Below, one piece after another: positions 8,247 to 18,003 of a DNA stretch of 36,061 nt. Location: positions 1-36,061 of the forward strand of contig SKHQ01000099.1 in assembly GCA_007116915.1 (NCBI GenBank). The letters are read 5' to 3'. Every line of letters begins with the position of its first letter. Position 1 is the first letter of the stretch. This DNA is from Candidatus Methanomethylophilaceae archaeon (GTDB lineage: Archaea; Thermoplasmatota; Thermoplasmata; Methanomassiliicoccales; Methanomethylophilaceae). The notes beneath the pieces are model-generated. The model ran no database searches and was not told the DNA's origin. It was given only the letters and a program-made list of their open reading frames with translations. The translations under genes and the position numbers were made by a program.

Positions 8247-9182
8247 TCACTCCTTCCGTGTACCGCATCCGGGGCAGTACCATTGTGCCTTGTACATCCT
8301 CATCGGCGATTCGCAACCAGGGCAAAGCGGGTCAGATCTTTTCTCAGCCCCCTTCCGCTCTTTACTCCATAGGTCATCTGAACACCATTTGATGAGGGAA
8401 CCGAGCGCTTTATGTTCATAACGAAGGTCCTCGGAGTATACTCTCAAGTTCGCCTCCTCGAGATAATGACGTGCTGCGATGGCCTTCAGGGCCTTGTGTA
8501 TGTTGGATTGGGTCTTGCCGTCTATCGTCCTGCTAGGGTGTACGTTTTTCCTGTAACGAACATCCAGGTACTCGAACGCCTTGTCCAGGAATGAATTGTA
8601 TGAATCGGCATCAGGTTCAATTGGAAGAGACATTATCCCATCCCTAACATCATCCAATTCCGGATTCCTGGATATGATGCCATCGAGTATCGACCTTATC
8701 ATCTCGCGACGATTGCTATCAAGCTCGCCCATTATCCTTCTCAGTTCGGCCAAATCCTCCATAGCCGCTACAGGGACCATCGCCTTGGCGGCCTGTTTGA
8801 ACTCTTCCCCATAACCAGTCCTGAGCTCTTCCATGAGTTCGTCTATGAGTCTGCGGCGGGATTCGAAGCCGCTGAGATAACCGACACAGGCAGCGGCAAC
8901 GGTATCGATGTCCTCTCGACGCATGGATGCGATCTTTTCAACATGAGAGGGGTCGCCTATCCTCGTTAGTAGTACTATGACCTCGGTTCTTACCCGTGAT
9001 GACCCATGTTCCAAGTGTCTGGAGATTATGTCTGTGAACTCTGGACGGTGATTCCACTGTAACCATTTATCATCCGCTATTGCACCTGCCTTCCCCGCCT
9101 GTGCGGAATCTACTGCATCCAGGAATCTTCCTAGATAGTCCATCCTGGTCACGGTGGAACTCATCGCCCTGACATATTTCAT
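8247..9182 (-). CDS. Hypothetical HEAT-like repeat protein with C-terminal zinc ribbon
   Basis: A 311-aa helical protein with a HEAT-like segment (SSRVRTEVIVLLTRIGDPSHVEKI). The C-terminus has CPGC-x11-CPGC (CPGCESPMRMYKAQWYCPGCG). Confidence 0.65.
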   Translation of the reverse strand: MKYVRAMSSTVTRMDYLGRFLDAVDSAQAGKAGAIADDKWLQWNHRPEFTDIISRHLEHGSSRVRTEVIVLLTRIGDPSHVEKIASMRREDIDTVAAACVGYLSGFESRRRLIDELMEELRTGYGEEFKQAAKAMVPVAAMEDLAELRRIMGELDSNRREMIRSILDGIISRNPELDDVRDGIMSLPIEPDADSYNSFLDKAFEYLDVRYRKNVHPSRTIDGKTQSNIHKALKAIAARHYLEEANLRVYSEDLRYEHKALGSLIKWCSDDLWSKERKGAEKRSDPLCPGCESPMRMYKAQWYCPGCGTRKE

Positions 9183-9263
9183 CTTGTTAATTACCGTTAC
9201 TGCTTTACAGCGAATGTTGCTTGGACTCGATAGCTATTTGACCACGATAGATGATTTCCGAAG

Positions 9264-9851
9264 GTGAACATGTTCGACAAGGACCTTGAGATATTCGTCC
9301 TTGACACCGAGACCACCGGACTTAACGGATTTCCAACGGATTATGTTGTGGATGTTGCAGTCTGTCGTGTCCGCCCCCACCTGGATACCGTCGAACCGAT
9401 TCTTTCCACCGTCGTCGGTCATGATGTGACCTCATGGCCTCAGGTCCAACGGGAAGCCTGGATATTCCAGAATACGGATTTGACACTGGAAGAGGTATCC
9501 AAAGCGACGCCGGTGACCTTCGTCACCGCCGAGCTCCGTTCTCTGTTGGAAGGAAACATGGTCACAAGTTTCAACGTCGGCTTCGATTTCGACAAGTTCC
9601 TTTTCAATGAGCCGTGGAGACTCCGTGAAGCAGTCCATTTGACACCCTGCATCATGTTAAAGGCGATGCCGGTCTGCAAACTGCCGGGCACCTATGACGT
9701 TTACAAATGGCCCAAACTACAGCAGGCATACGACATGCTCGTGGACGGTGACCCTGCCGATATAGGCGAAGAGCAGAAGCACCGGGCAATGGAGGATGCT
9801 TTGATGGCATCACATGTCCTTTTGGAGCTCATCCGGCGTGGCGTCTACTGA
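9264..9851 (+). CDS. DnaQ-like DEDDh 3'-5' exonuclease
   Basis: All three motifs are intact: ExoI is FVLDTETTG, ExoII is FNVGFDFDKFL and ExoIII is HRAMEDALMASHVL. The length is 195 aa. Confidence 0.85.
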   Translation: MNMFDKDLEIFVLDTETTGLNGFPTDYVVDVAVCRVRPHLDTVEPILSTVVGHDVTSWPQVQREAWIFQNTDLTLEEVSKATPVTFVTAELRSLLEGNMVTSFNVGFDFDKFLFNEPWRLREAVHLTPCIMLKAMPVCKLPGTYDVYKWPKLQQAYDMLVDGDPADIGEEQKHRAMEDALMASHVLLELIRRGVY

Positions 9852-12394
9852 TCGCGCATCTTCATGAAACGCTCATGGATGAATGGACTGTTCTTATCCA
9901 AGCGTAAGATTATCGCATCGGTGAAACGATTGAACATATCCTCCCTCAGTACCTTACGGGTGAAGAGGAACCATAGTGAAACCATCCCGGTTATGAAGAA
10001 CATGTCAATGAAACGCAACGGCGTGAGATTGGCGAGATACATGATCTCATCGACCATGAAAACTGAACCCACGATTGCGTACAGCACAATGACGAGGATG
10101 AACGGTCTTATGTCCTTGTGGATGGAACCGTCGACGGAGAACCATTTGTTCAAAGGTGCCACCAACAGGACCAGGGTTATGCCCGCCAATGTGACGAAGT
10201 AGGTCAACGCCATCCGGGCTGCTAGTTCGGCCGTCTGCTCCAGCTCCGTGGGCGGTAATGAGCCGCGATATTCGAGGTTCCAGGAGCCGGCGAGCTGCTC
10301 GGGTGTGAAGGTGATGTGCATTATGTTACCGATGACGCCCAGATAGTAAATCGAGTAGACGATACATGCGAAGATCGCGATCGTTATCGAAGCCGGTATG
10401 GCGAAGCGGAGCACTATGGGCAGTATGTCCCCTTTATGTTCGCGAGGCTTGGCCCAAACGGTCATCAAAAATGCCGGGATCGATAATGAGACCAGAGCGT
10501 AGAAAGCGTTGTTCTGAGGCAATACCGGTAGAGTCTGGAAGAATATCAGGGTGAACAGGATTATGAAGGCCACAACGAAGTTCCTGGCAAGATATATCCG
10601 TAGGATGCTACGCATACCGGTGGTTATGCGCCTGCCCTCCAACAACGCATTGGGCAAAGCGGAGAACTTGTCATCCAACAGGACCATGTCTGCAACACCG
10701 CGGGCGGCTCCGGAACCGCTCTGCAGGGCCACCCCGACGTTGGCGGCCTTGAGGGAACGGACATCGTTCACACCATCGCCTATCATGGCCACGTATCTTC
10801 CCTGGGCCTTGAGGGATTCGACTATGCGTTCCTTATGGTCGGGCCGCATACGACCGAAGATGTTTGTCTCTGCCGCCACGCGGGCCAGTTCGGAAGGGTC
10901 GAGGTCATCCAGTTCGTCTCCGGATATCATGATGCGTGTGCCCGGAATTCCGGCTAGGCTGAACAATGCGTTCACAGTGACCGGGTCATCGCCGGATATC
11001 ACTTTGATGTCCATGTTATTGTCCAGGAAGGCCTGGATGGTCTCAGCGCAGTCCGCTCGTATCTCATCACGGACGGATACCAGAGCCAATGGTTTCAGTC
11101 TAGGCACAATCTCGTTGTCCCCGTCCCATAGTTCGGTGTCGGGGGCGCCTGTCAGGATCATCACGCGAAGACCCTGTTCCGCCAGTTCAGTAACCTGGTC
11201 ACTTATGTCTACATTCCAGTCACAGTGTCTCTTCAATGCGTCAAAAGCACCGAAGAAGAGGACGCGACTCTCATCGCCATCGCGGTAACGAACGGCACTG
11301 TATTTCCTGCCGGATGTGAATGGTATCTCCTCGATTAGCCACCCTTTTCCGCCCATCATCTTCTGTGATATGGAACGTATTGTACGGTTCTTTGAACCGG
11401 TCAGGGCGGCGAAGCTCGCCAATGCTGAGGACGGGTCCTCATCGCTAAGGGGTCTGACCTCTTCGAGTATGAGGTTGTTTGTTGTTATGGTCCCGGTCTT
11501 GTCCATACAAACGGTATCCACATGGCTCATCGATTCAACGGCGTTCGATCTCTGCATGAGAGCACCGGAACCGGCCATACGAACCGCTCCTAGGCCATAA
11601 GCGATTATGATGAGCAAGAACAACGCTATGGGTATGATGTCCAAGGTGATGACTATCATCTGTGTCGTCATCAAGGGGTTTATCCCCAACACTATGGCGG
11701 CTATGAGGATCAAGGTGGAGTATATGACCGCTATACCGATGAGGAGGGACATCACCCTGCTGGTCTGGTATTGAAGCGGTGTTGATTTACGGTCGAACTT
11801 CTTAGCCTCGGAGAGGAGGCGGTTGACGTAGGTGTCATCAGCCACCGCATTGACGCGGAAGCATCCTGATCCTGCGATGCAATAGGAACCCGAATAAATT
11901 GTGTCGCCCCTCTTCTTACGGCGAGGGCTGGACTCCCCGGTGATGAGGGATTCATCCATCTCAAGCGAATTACTAGTGAGTACTGCACCGTCCACCAGGG
12001 CTTGATCCCCAACCGAGAGGATGACTATGTCATCCATGACTATCCCATCGGGAAGTACGGTCATCTGTTGACCGTTACGATAAACGGATGCTTCAGGACG
12101 GTGGAGCAATGCAATCTTATCCAGACGCCTTTTTGCTCTGACCTCCTGCGTGGTTCCGACGATGACATTGAAGAATATGATGCTCGTGGCTGCCAAGGCC
12201 TCCAATTCGTTGCCTAAGGTGAGCAATATGCCTCCCAGGGAGAATAGTATGAGATTGAACAGGTTGAAGAAGTTCGTCTTTATTATCTCCTTATAGGTCC
12301 TACTCACCTTGACCTCGTAGCTGTTACGGAGGCCTTTATCAGTGCGTTCCTGCACCTCTTCTGCAGTCAGACCCGTGGGAATATTCTCCACCAT
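9845..12394 (-). CDS. Cation-transporting P-type ATPase (HAD-IC, type II-like)
   Basis: TGES (ITGESSP), the phosphorylation site DKTGT (CMDKTGTITTN), the GDGVNDV hinge, and about 10 TM segments are present. The stop is TAG, and the 3' end overlaps the convergent exonuclease gene by 7 nt. Confidence 0.9.
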   Translation of the reverse strand: MVENIPTGLTAEEVQERTDKGLRNSYEVKVSRTYKEIIKTNFFNLFNLILFSLGGILLTLGNELEALAATSIIFFNVIVGTTQEVRAKRRLDKIALLHRPEASVYRNGQQMTVLPDGIVMDDIVILSVGDQALVDGAVLTSNSLEMDESLITGESSPRRKKRGDTIYSGSYCIAGSGCFRVNAVADDTYVNRLLSEAKKFDRKSTPLQYQTSRVMSLLIGIAVIYSTLILIAAIVLGINPLMTTQMIVITLDIIPIALFLLIIIAYGLGAVRMAGSGALMQRSNAVESMSHVDTVCMDKTGTITTNNLILEEVRPLSDEDPSSALASFAALTGSKNRTIRSISQKMMGGKGWLIEEIPFTSGRKYSAVRYRDGDESRVLFFGAFDALKRHCDWNVDISDQVTELAEQGLRVMILTGAPDTELWDGDNEIVPRLKPLALVSVRDEIRADCAETIQAFLDNNMDIKVISGDDPVTVNALFSLAGIPGTRIMISGDELDDLDPSELARVAAETNIFGRMRPDHKERIVESLKAQGRYVAMIGDGVNDVRSLKAANVGVALQSGSGAARGVADMVLLDDKFSALPNALLEGRRITTGMRSILRIYLARNFVVAFIILFTLIFFQTLPVLPQNNAFYALVSLSIPAFLMTVWAKPREHKGDILPIVLRFAIPASITIAIFACIVYSIYYLGVIGNIMHITFTPEQLAGSWNLEYRGSLPPTELEQTAELAARMALTYFVTLAGITLVLLVAPLNKWFSVDGSIHKDIRPFILVIVLYAIVGSVFMVDEIMYLANLTPLRFIDMFFITGMVSLWFLFTRKVLREDMFNRFTDAIILRLDKNSPFIHERFMKMRDQ

Positions 12395-12419
12395 TGTATC
12401 AGTATAATAATCAGCTTAT

Positions 12420-15269
12420 TCAAGAACCTATCGAGAGTGATTCAGCCAATCGTTCCTTGACTATCTTCTGCAATTCCTTCATAGGCATCGGTTCGAATCT
12501 CCTCATCGTACCCAATTCTAGAAAATGAACGAAACATTCCACGTCCTTTCCCAGAACGGCGGCGGCATGGGCATAGACCGAGAGTTGGATATGGTATTCA
12601 GGTAGGTTCCTCTCACTCATATCAGTCTTCCAATCGTGTATCTCGACGATGTCTTCCCGTTCCACCATCAGATCTATCCGCCCTTCCAATGAAACATCAC
12701 CCATCGGCAGGAGACAGTCCATCTCCGTGGTAACTCTAGCCCCTTCCGTGGACTTCAATACCTCCCTGACGGCCTCCAGACCTAGATGCTCCTGCCACGG
12801 GTCCATACCGTGGAAAAGTCGTTCCGCATCAGCATGCACCCTTGAACCATGTTCTGTACCTTTGCCTCCGCCTTCGAGTATCGGACGCAAAATGCTATGC
12901 ACACCAATGCTCCGTCTCACGACCTCAGCGGCTTTAAGGACCGGGCGTTGGACAAGTTTCTTGACCTCGGTGTCCAACAGAGAATCGGGGGCAGTGAACT
13001 CGACCTCATGAACATGATGGTCACTCATCCCCGCTATGAAGAGAGAAGGATCGTGGCAAGTGAATACAAGATGCTGCATTGACCTTGAAACAGCAACATA
13101 GAGCAGTCTCCTCTCCTCGTCATACTCCTTCTGAGACAAGGATGCGACCAGTGCTGTCCTCCAATCGCGATACCGCTCCAGCATATTGTCCTCTTCCACC
13201 AGCTCGTAGGCGGCTCTAAGACCGTAGAGACGGTCGAAACGCAGCGTGCCTCCCTCTCCTTTCTTCGAAGGCATGTCGTTGGAGTTAAGGCCGGCAACAA
13301 TGACCGCGGGATACTCCAAACCTTTGGCACCATGCATGGTGTGCAGATGCACCGAGTCACGACTGGATATCATATCGGCCGGATAACTGTCGGCCTTGCG
13401 GATGTTCTCCTCTATGAGTGCGATCATCTCCGCTGTGCCTGTGAGACTTCCCTCGTGCAGACCGGAGACCTGAGATATTATGGCCTGTGAGATGTCGTTA
13501 TCGATGCCATAGCGTTGGAAGATCGCAGTCATCAGTTGGTTGGGAGTCCGTTGCTTACGCAACAGATATTCCCTATGGGTCCTTATTTCCACGGGAAGAG
13601 GTGCCAGACCCTCTTTCACAGCTGCGATGGAATCATGGGGGTGACCCTCATGGTCCATTATCGCGGCTATGGCCCGCTGGTCCTCGGCATCGGATATCAT
13701 CCGTAACCATGCCAGAACGACCTTCCCCTCCCTACTGAGGAATATCTCCATGTCCCCGTCCATCAACAAGGGCATCCCCAGTTCCCGGGCCCGGCGTTCC
13801 AGCATGTGCAATAGGTTCCTCTTACGGCTGAGGACGGCGATGTCTCCGTAACCGATGGGCCTTCTTTTCCAACCATCTCCGCTCCATTCCGTTACGGTGA
13901 GTCCTTCCGAGACCATCTTCTGCGCCTCGTGAAGTATCAGGTCCACCTCATCCTTCTGACCGGCTGCTTTCAAGAAACGGACTCTGCAATCTCCGTCCTC
14001 CAACAAGGATTTGGCGGAATTGAGGCTGACGAGTTTTGAACGTATGTAAACCGGATCGAGATCCTCGTCCTTTGTCGCATGCAGGAAAAGGGTCTTCTCC
14101 GAGAGGCGTATGACCTTGTCCGCACTACGATAGTTGGTCTTCAAGCTCTTGTGCCGGGGACTTTCCAATGGTACCTTGCACCTCCGTCCCAACTCATCCG
14201 CCAGTTCATCGAGGCGGATGTCAAACTCCAGTAGGTTCTCGATGTCAGCGTAACGGAATCCGTATATCCCCTGTTTCCAGTCTCCGACAACACATAGGTT
14301 GGGTTCCTTCAAAATCAAAAGTGATATCAGGAACTGCAGTTCGTTTGTATCCTGGAACTCATCGATCATCACGTAACGGTAGCTTTCAGCCTCCCGTACG
14401 GACTTGTCGTTGTACAGCGATAAGAAGGCAAAGAATGCCACCATCTGGAAGGTGAGTCTGTTCTCGCTGATGCTTCTCCTCAGATACTCGAGGAATACGT
14501 GGTGTATGAATCGGAAAAGGGCGGTTCTGTCATGCCTTATGGCATCATTGATGATTTGACCATCAACGACCGGACCATCCCAGGAATCCACGGTCCCGGG
14601 GCGGTGATCCTTGTTATTCCTTATCTTGTTGAACAGGCCGCCCTTACCCTCGATATTCATCTCGCTGGCCTTGTCCATCATAGAGTCGACCTCGCCTTCC
14701 AGGATTGAGAGGCCGTTACGGAACCAGCCCCCGACGGTGGGGCAGGTGCCCAGGGTAAGAAGTCGTGATATTACGGTACTGAGTTCATCGGCCTTATCCC
14801 AAAGCAGCAATGCTATGTCACCGTGCTTGGATCCATGGCGGTCAAGGAAACGGTCATAGAACTCCTGGAAGTAGCGGCGGTTCATAGCCGCATTCTCTAC
14901 CAGCCTCACCTGTCGTGACAGCCTCTCCTCTATGCCGAGATAGCGATGAATGGAGGATGTGTCACGCATGAGGACACTGGAACAGAAGGAATCAAATGTC
15001 GAGGCCCTCACGGAGTTGACATCCACATCCTTCATGCCACGGCGGTAGAGTTCGTTGACAACCCTCTCCTTCATCTCATCAGCGGCGTTGTGGGTGAATG
15101 TTAGGAGGAGGACCTCCTGGGGATCGACATCCTTCTTGGTTATGATGTTTATGTACCGGTTCATTATAGTGAATGTCTTCCCGGTTCCCGGGCCGGCATC
15201 CACCACCACTATCCCTTCGGTAGTGTCTGCGATATCCCGTTGCTCATCATTCATGCCGTCACAGTTCAT
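12420..15269 (-). CDS. AddA-like UvrD/PcrA-family SF1 helicase with C-terminal RecB-type PD-(D/E)xK nuclease
   Basis: Helicase motifs seen: I (GPGTGKT), Ia (TFTHNAADEM), II (DEFQD), III (GDWKQGIYGFRYA), IV (TNYRS), V (HGAKGLE) and VI (EERRLLYVAVSR). The C-terminal nuclease motifs are GRIDLMV...VEIHDWKTD and QLSVY. I chose the start at 15269 because it forms an ATGA overlap with the upstream stop; the ORF track extends to 15305. Confidence 0.9.
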   Translation of the reverse strand: MNCDGMNDEQRDIADTTEGIVVVDAGPGTGKTFTIMNRYINIITKKDVDPQEVLLLTFTHNAADEMKERVVNELYRRGMKDVDVNSVRASTFDSFCSSVLMRDTSSIHRYLGIEERLSRQVRLVENAAMNRRYFQEFYDRFLDRHGSKHGDIALLLWDKADELSTVISRLLTLGTCPTVGGWFRNGLSILEGEVDSMMDKASEMNIEGKGGLFNKIRNNKDHRPGTVDSWDGPVVDGQIINDAIRHDRTALFRFIHHVFLEYLRRSISENRLTFQMVAFFAFLSLYNDKSVREAESYRYVMIDEFQDTNELQFLISLLILKEPNLCVVGDWKQGIYGFRYADIENLLEFDIRLDELADELGRRCKVPLESPRHKSLKTNYRSADKVIRLSEKTLFLHATKDEDLDPVYIRSKLVSLNSAKSLLEDGDCRVRFLKAAGQKDEVDLILHEAQKMVSEGLTVTEWSGDGWKRRPIGYGDIAVLSRKRNLLHMLERRARELGMPLLMDGDMEIFLSREGKVVLAWLRMISDAEDQRAIAAIMDHEGHPHDSIAAVKEGLAPLPVEIRTHREYLLRKQRTPNQLMTAIFQRYGIDNDISQAIISQVSGLHEGSLTGTAEMIALIEENIRKADSYPADMISSRDSVHLHTMHGAKGLEYPAVIVAGLNSNDMPSKKGEGGTLRFDRLYGLRAAYELVEEDNMLERYRDWRTALVASLSQKEYDEERRLLYVAVSRSMQHLVFTCHDPSLFIAGMSDHHVHEVEFTAPDSLLDTEVKKLVQRPVLKAAEVVRRSIGVHSILRPILEGGGKGTEHGSRVHADAERLFHGMDPWQEHLGLEAVREVLKSTEGARVTTEMDCLLPMGDVSLEGRIDLMVEREDIVEIHDWKTDMSERNLPEYHIQLSVYAHAAAVLGKDVECFVHFLELGTMRRFEPMPMKELQKIVKERLAESLSIGS

Positions 15270-17893
15270 TCCAAGGCCTCCATACAGATGTCCAGGAACT
15301 CGCATTTAGAGCAGTAAGCCTCCTTGCGCGGCGCGGCCGGAAATCCTTCCCTCTTGTACTCTCCGATGTATGAAAAGCATTCTGAAACCGTCTCCAGGAA
15401 TCGATCCATGGTCTCGTTGGTTATGAGGACCGTGTCCTTGGTGAAGGGGACCTCATCCCTCAGTTTCTCCAAGGCCCGGGTGAACACCTTTTTTCCCACC
15501 GCCTTTTTACCGCTTCTACCTTTTAGGAAAAGGATGAAATTATCAATGGCCTCATAATCTTCCTCTGGCGGGAGTTCCCATGCCCTTATGGAGATGAGAT
15601 GATCGCAGAAATCCTTCTCCCCCACCTCTTCCAGGAAGGGACCGAAATCCTTAGGTCCCTGACGGAGTATGCGGATCATCCAAGGATCCTCACCTTTCAA
15701 TAAATCAGCACGTCCAGTACCGGTGTATGTTACCTTATTGATATGATTGGAAGGGTCGTAACCTTGCTTATCTGCAGGTACGGGCTTCAGATAGTTGTAA
15801 TGGAGGGATATCTCCCTTCTCTTCTCTCCCATCGACCGAAGTAGAGCCATGTAGGCCAGGGGCTGAGTGTCGGGATCGCCTTCACCCCATATCGAGGCGA
15901 TGCTCTTCGCTCTGGTACTTGCAGCCATAGGGGCACCTGTTTTATGGTCAACCGCCAATGATTGGTCAACCATCAAATCCACAAGACCTCTGAGGAGGGT
16001 TTGCCGATCCTCAAGGAATATCTCCGTATTGCCTATGCGCGGTTTCTCACCGAGGGCGGAGAACAGTGGGTTTCCACGACCGGTCTTTACCGGCAACTCC
16101 TCTATCGGATAACGTGAAGCGAATTCAGCGGCGTTCCTGATCAATGCCCGCAGAGCGGTCCTTTCGAAACGGTCACGGCCTTTGTGGCTTAGGGAAACGT
16201 AATCCTTCTGAAGAATCTCCAGACACCTCTCCTGACCATCCACCGAGGCATAGGATGGATGATGGGCGATAAGCTCTGCGTAGCGATGTACGAGCGTACC
16301 CCGGAATGCTGGCCCGGAATCGGGTGATTCACAGAGACGTCCGAAGTGATACTTACGGGGACATTTCAGTAATTGGTTCAGTGCGGACGGAGAAAGGGAT
16401 GCGGGCATCTGCGGTTCTTCGATATCCTTGGAGATGAAATCCAACGCCACAGGATCAGGAAGCCAACAACCGTTTGCGAAACCTCCTTCTTCAGTAAGAT
16501 CATCGAAATCCCTCACCGGACGGTCCAGGGCGCGATTGAAGTATACACAGGGTATGACCTTCCGCCCTTTGGCGACCTTGGATGTCATGTAGATCCTCTG
16601 CTCTCCCTGTTGCAACAGTATCTCGAAACGAGCTTGGTCCTTCTCCAGTTCGGCTTCTGAATCTATGTGTTTGCGCCTTTGGATACGACGGGCCCATTCG
16701 TTCCCAAGACCGAGATGGAACACTATGGGACGGTCCACGTAGGCTGATGAGTGGCAGTCCACGAGAACCACCCCCTCCTTCTCATCCTCATCCCTCAGTA
16801 TCTCCTCACTCAACTGGTCCACACCGTAGCGTAGGTCTTCCAGCGTATCGGCACGGAGAGGGGATGATGCCAAGCCCAATTCCCGCAGGAGTCTCATCGT
16901 CATCGTCAATTCATCGTCCTTGAGCAATGATGTGCTGGCCTGGGATAGATTCATTTCAGATATGGATTCCATACGATTCTTCAAAGCCATTAACGACGGG
17001 TCTTGGGACTCAAGCGCATGAACGGTGAAAAGTCTGGCGTCATTCCTGATGTTGAATACCAATGTAGCCGCGTCCAGGCCTTTGAGCTCAACCGAACGGA
17101 CCAGTCTTTTAATGTCGCCCATCCTTGCCGTCGGTAGTCCGAGGCACAGTTCCAGGAATCTCAACATATCGCGGATGCCAGGAAGGTCCCTCATGGACCT
17201 GACGCTCTGAAAGGGCAATCCTTTGGCATAAAGTGAGGTGCGCACAGAATCAGCCATCGAGCCATCGGTGTCCATGACGATGGCGGTTGCATTCATGTTG
17301 GATTTATCTATTAGGTCGGCCACATGGCGACCTATCAATCGTTCGTTTCCCATATCCGCGATCTTCGGTATGGTGAATGTCCCCGAATCCCATGGGCTGA
17401 GCTCAGTAAAGGAACCTGGCGGGGGAAGTACATGTTTATCGAGTTCATCGAAAAGGTCCAAGGCGATGACTCCTACCTCGATTCCATCGAAGAAATCGAG
17501 GGGGAATCGCTCCATGGCCCTCTCCAATGTCGGAAGACGGGAGAGGTTCTTCCATACCAACTCCGAGTCCCTACCCTCCAGATGCCTTTCCACCTGAGCG
17601 GTGTGCCTCCTTATCTCCCGGAGATTCTCCACCTCACCATGGACATAACGCAATTCAAGTCCGGTCGATTCCGCTATCTGGGTGATTATCTTGGCATCGG
17701 ACCAGGCCTCCTCTCCGATTATACTGAGAGACAATCTCTTGGCCAATTGGCGGGGAGTGACTGAGAACCTGCCCACCATAGGACGGTCGGCAATACGATT
17801 CAATGCCGTTGCAAGAGGCGCCTGGTTGGTCAACGCCATATCGAAGTCTTTTAGCAAACCGTACAGATCATTGATAGAACGTGCCTTCCTCAT
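15266..17893 (-). CDS. AddB-like PD-(D/E)xK nuclease subunit with Cas4/AddB-type four-Cys (Fe-S) staple
   Basis: The protein is 875 aa. The nuclease motifs are LVDLMV...AVDHKTG and QPLAY. One upstream Cys (LKCPRKYHF) plus the C-terminal C-x2-C-x5-C (CSKCEFLDIC) are spaced as in AddB. I found no GxxxxGK[ST] P-loop anywhere in the protein. Confidence 0.8.
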   Translation of the reverse strand: MRKARSINDLYGLLKDFDMALTNQAPLATALNRIADRPMVGRFSVTPRQLAKRLSLSIIGEEAWSDAKIITQIAESTGLELRYVHGEVENLREIRRHTAQVERHLEGRDSELVWKNLSRLPTLERAMERFPLDFFDGIEVGVIALDLFDELDKHVLPPPGSFTELSPWDSGTFTIPKIADMGNERLIGRHVADLIDKSNMNATAIVMDTDGSMADSVRTSLYAKGLPFQSVRSMRDLPGIRDMLRFLELCLGLPTARMGDIKRLVRSVELKGLDAATLVFNIRNDARLFTVHALESQDPSLMALKNRMESISEMNLSQASTSLLKDDELTMTMRLLRELGLASSPLRADTLEDLRYGVDQLSEEILRDEDEKEGVVLVDCHSSAYVDRPIVFHLGLGNEWARRIQRRKHIDSEAELEKDQARFEILLQQGEQRIYMTSKVAKGRKVIPCVYFNRALDRPVRDFDDLTEEGGFANGCWLPDPVALDFISKDIEEPQMPASLSPSALNQLLKCPRKYHFGRLCESPDSGPAFRGTLVHRYAELIAHHPSYASVDGQERCLEILQKDYVSLSHKGRDRFERTALRALIRNAAEFASRYPIEELPVKTGRGNPLFSALGEKPRIGNTEIFLEDRQTLLRGLVDLMVDQSLAVDHKTGAPMAASTRAKSIASIWGEGDPDTQPLAYMALLRSMGEKRREISLHYNYLKPVPADKQGYDPSNHINKVTYTGTGRADLLKGEDPWMIRILRQGPKDFGPFLEEVGEKDFCDHLISIRAWELPPEEDYEAIDNFILFLKGRSGKKAVGKKVFTRALEKLRDEVPFTKDTVLITNETMDRFLETVSECFSYIGEYKREGFPAAPRKEAYCSKCEFLDICMEALE

Positions 17894-18003
17894 CGCAACT
17901 CTTCCTAAGCGACCCTACTCATCAGCGGAAGAAATCCACGTTGAAGATGAGTCCCAGTAACCCGCTAGTGTGTAATGGGAACAAAATTGTTTCCCTGTGA
18001 TGA

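Noticed and set aside
10551-11288. A 245-aa plus-strand ORF, and other long ORFs antisense to the P-type ATPase (9864-10202, 11316-11600)
   Set aside because: These Ser/Arg/Ala/Pro-rich, low-complexity products lie entirely inside a confidently identified gene on the other strand. They are typical shadow ORFs.
12649-17764. Numerous 60-146-aa plus-strand ORFs within the AddA-like and AddB-like genes
   Set aside because: All are nested antisense or out-of-frame within two long ORFs that carry complete helicase and nuclease motif sets. Their products are compositionally biased.
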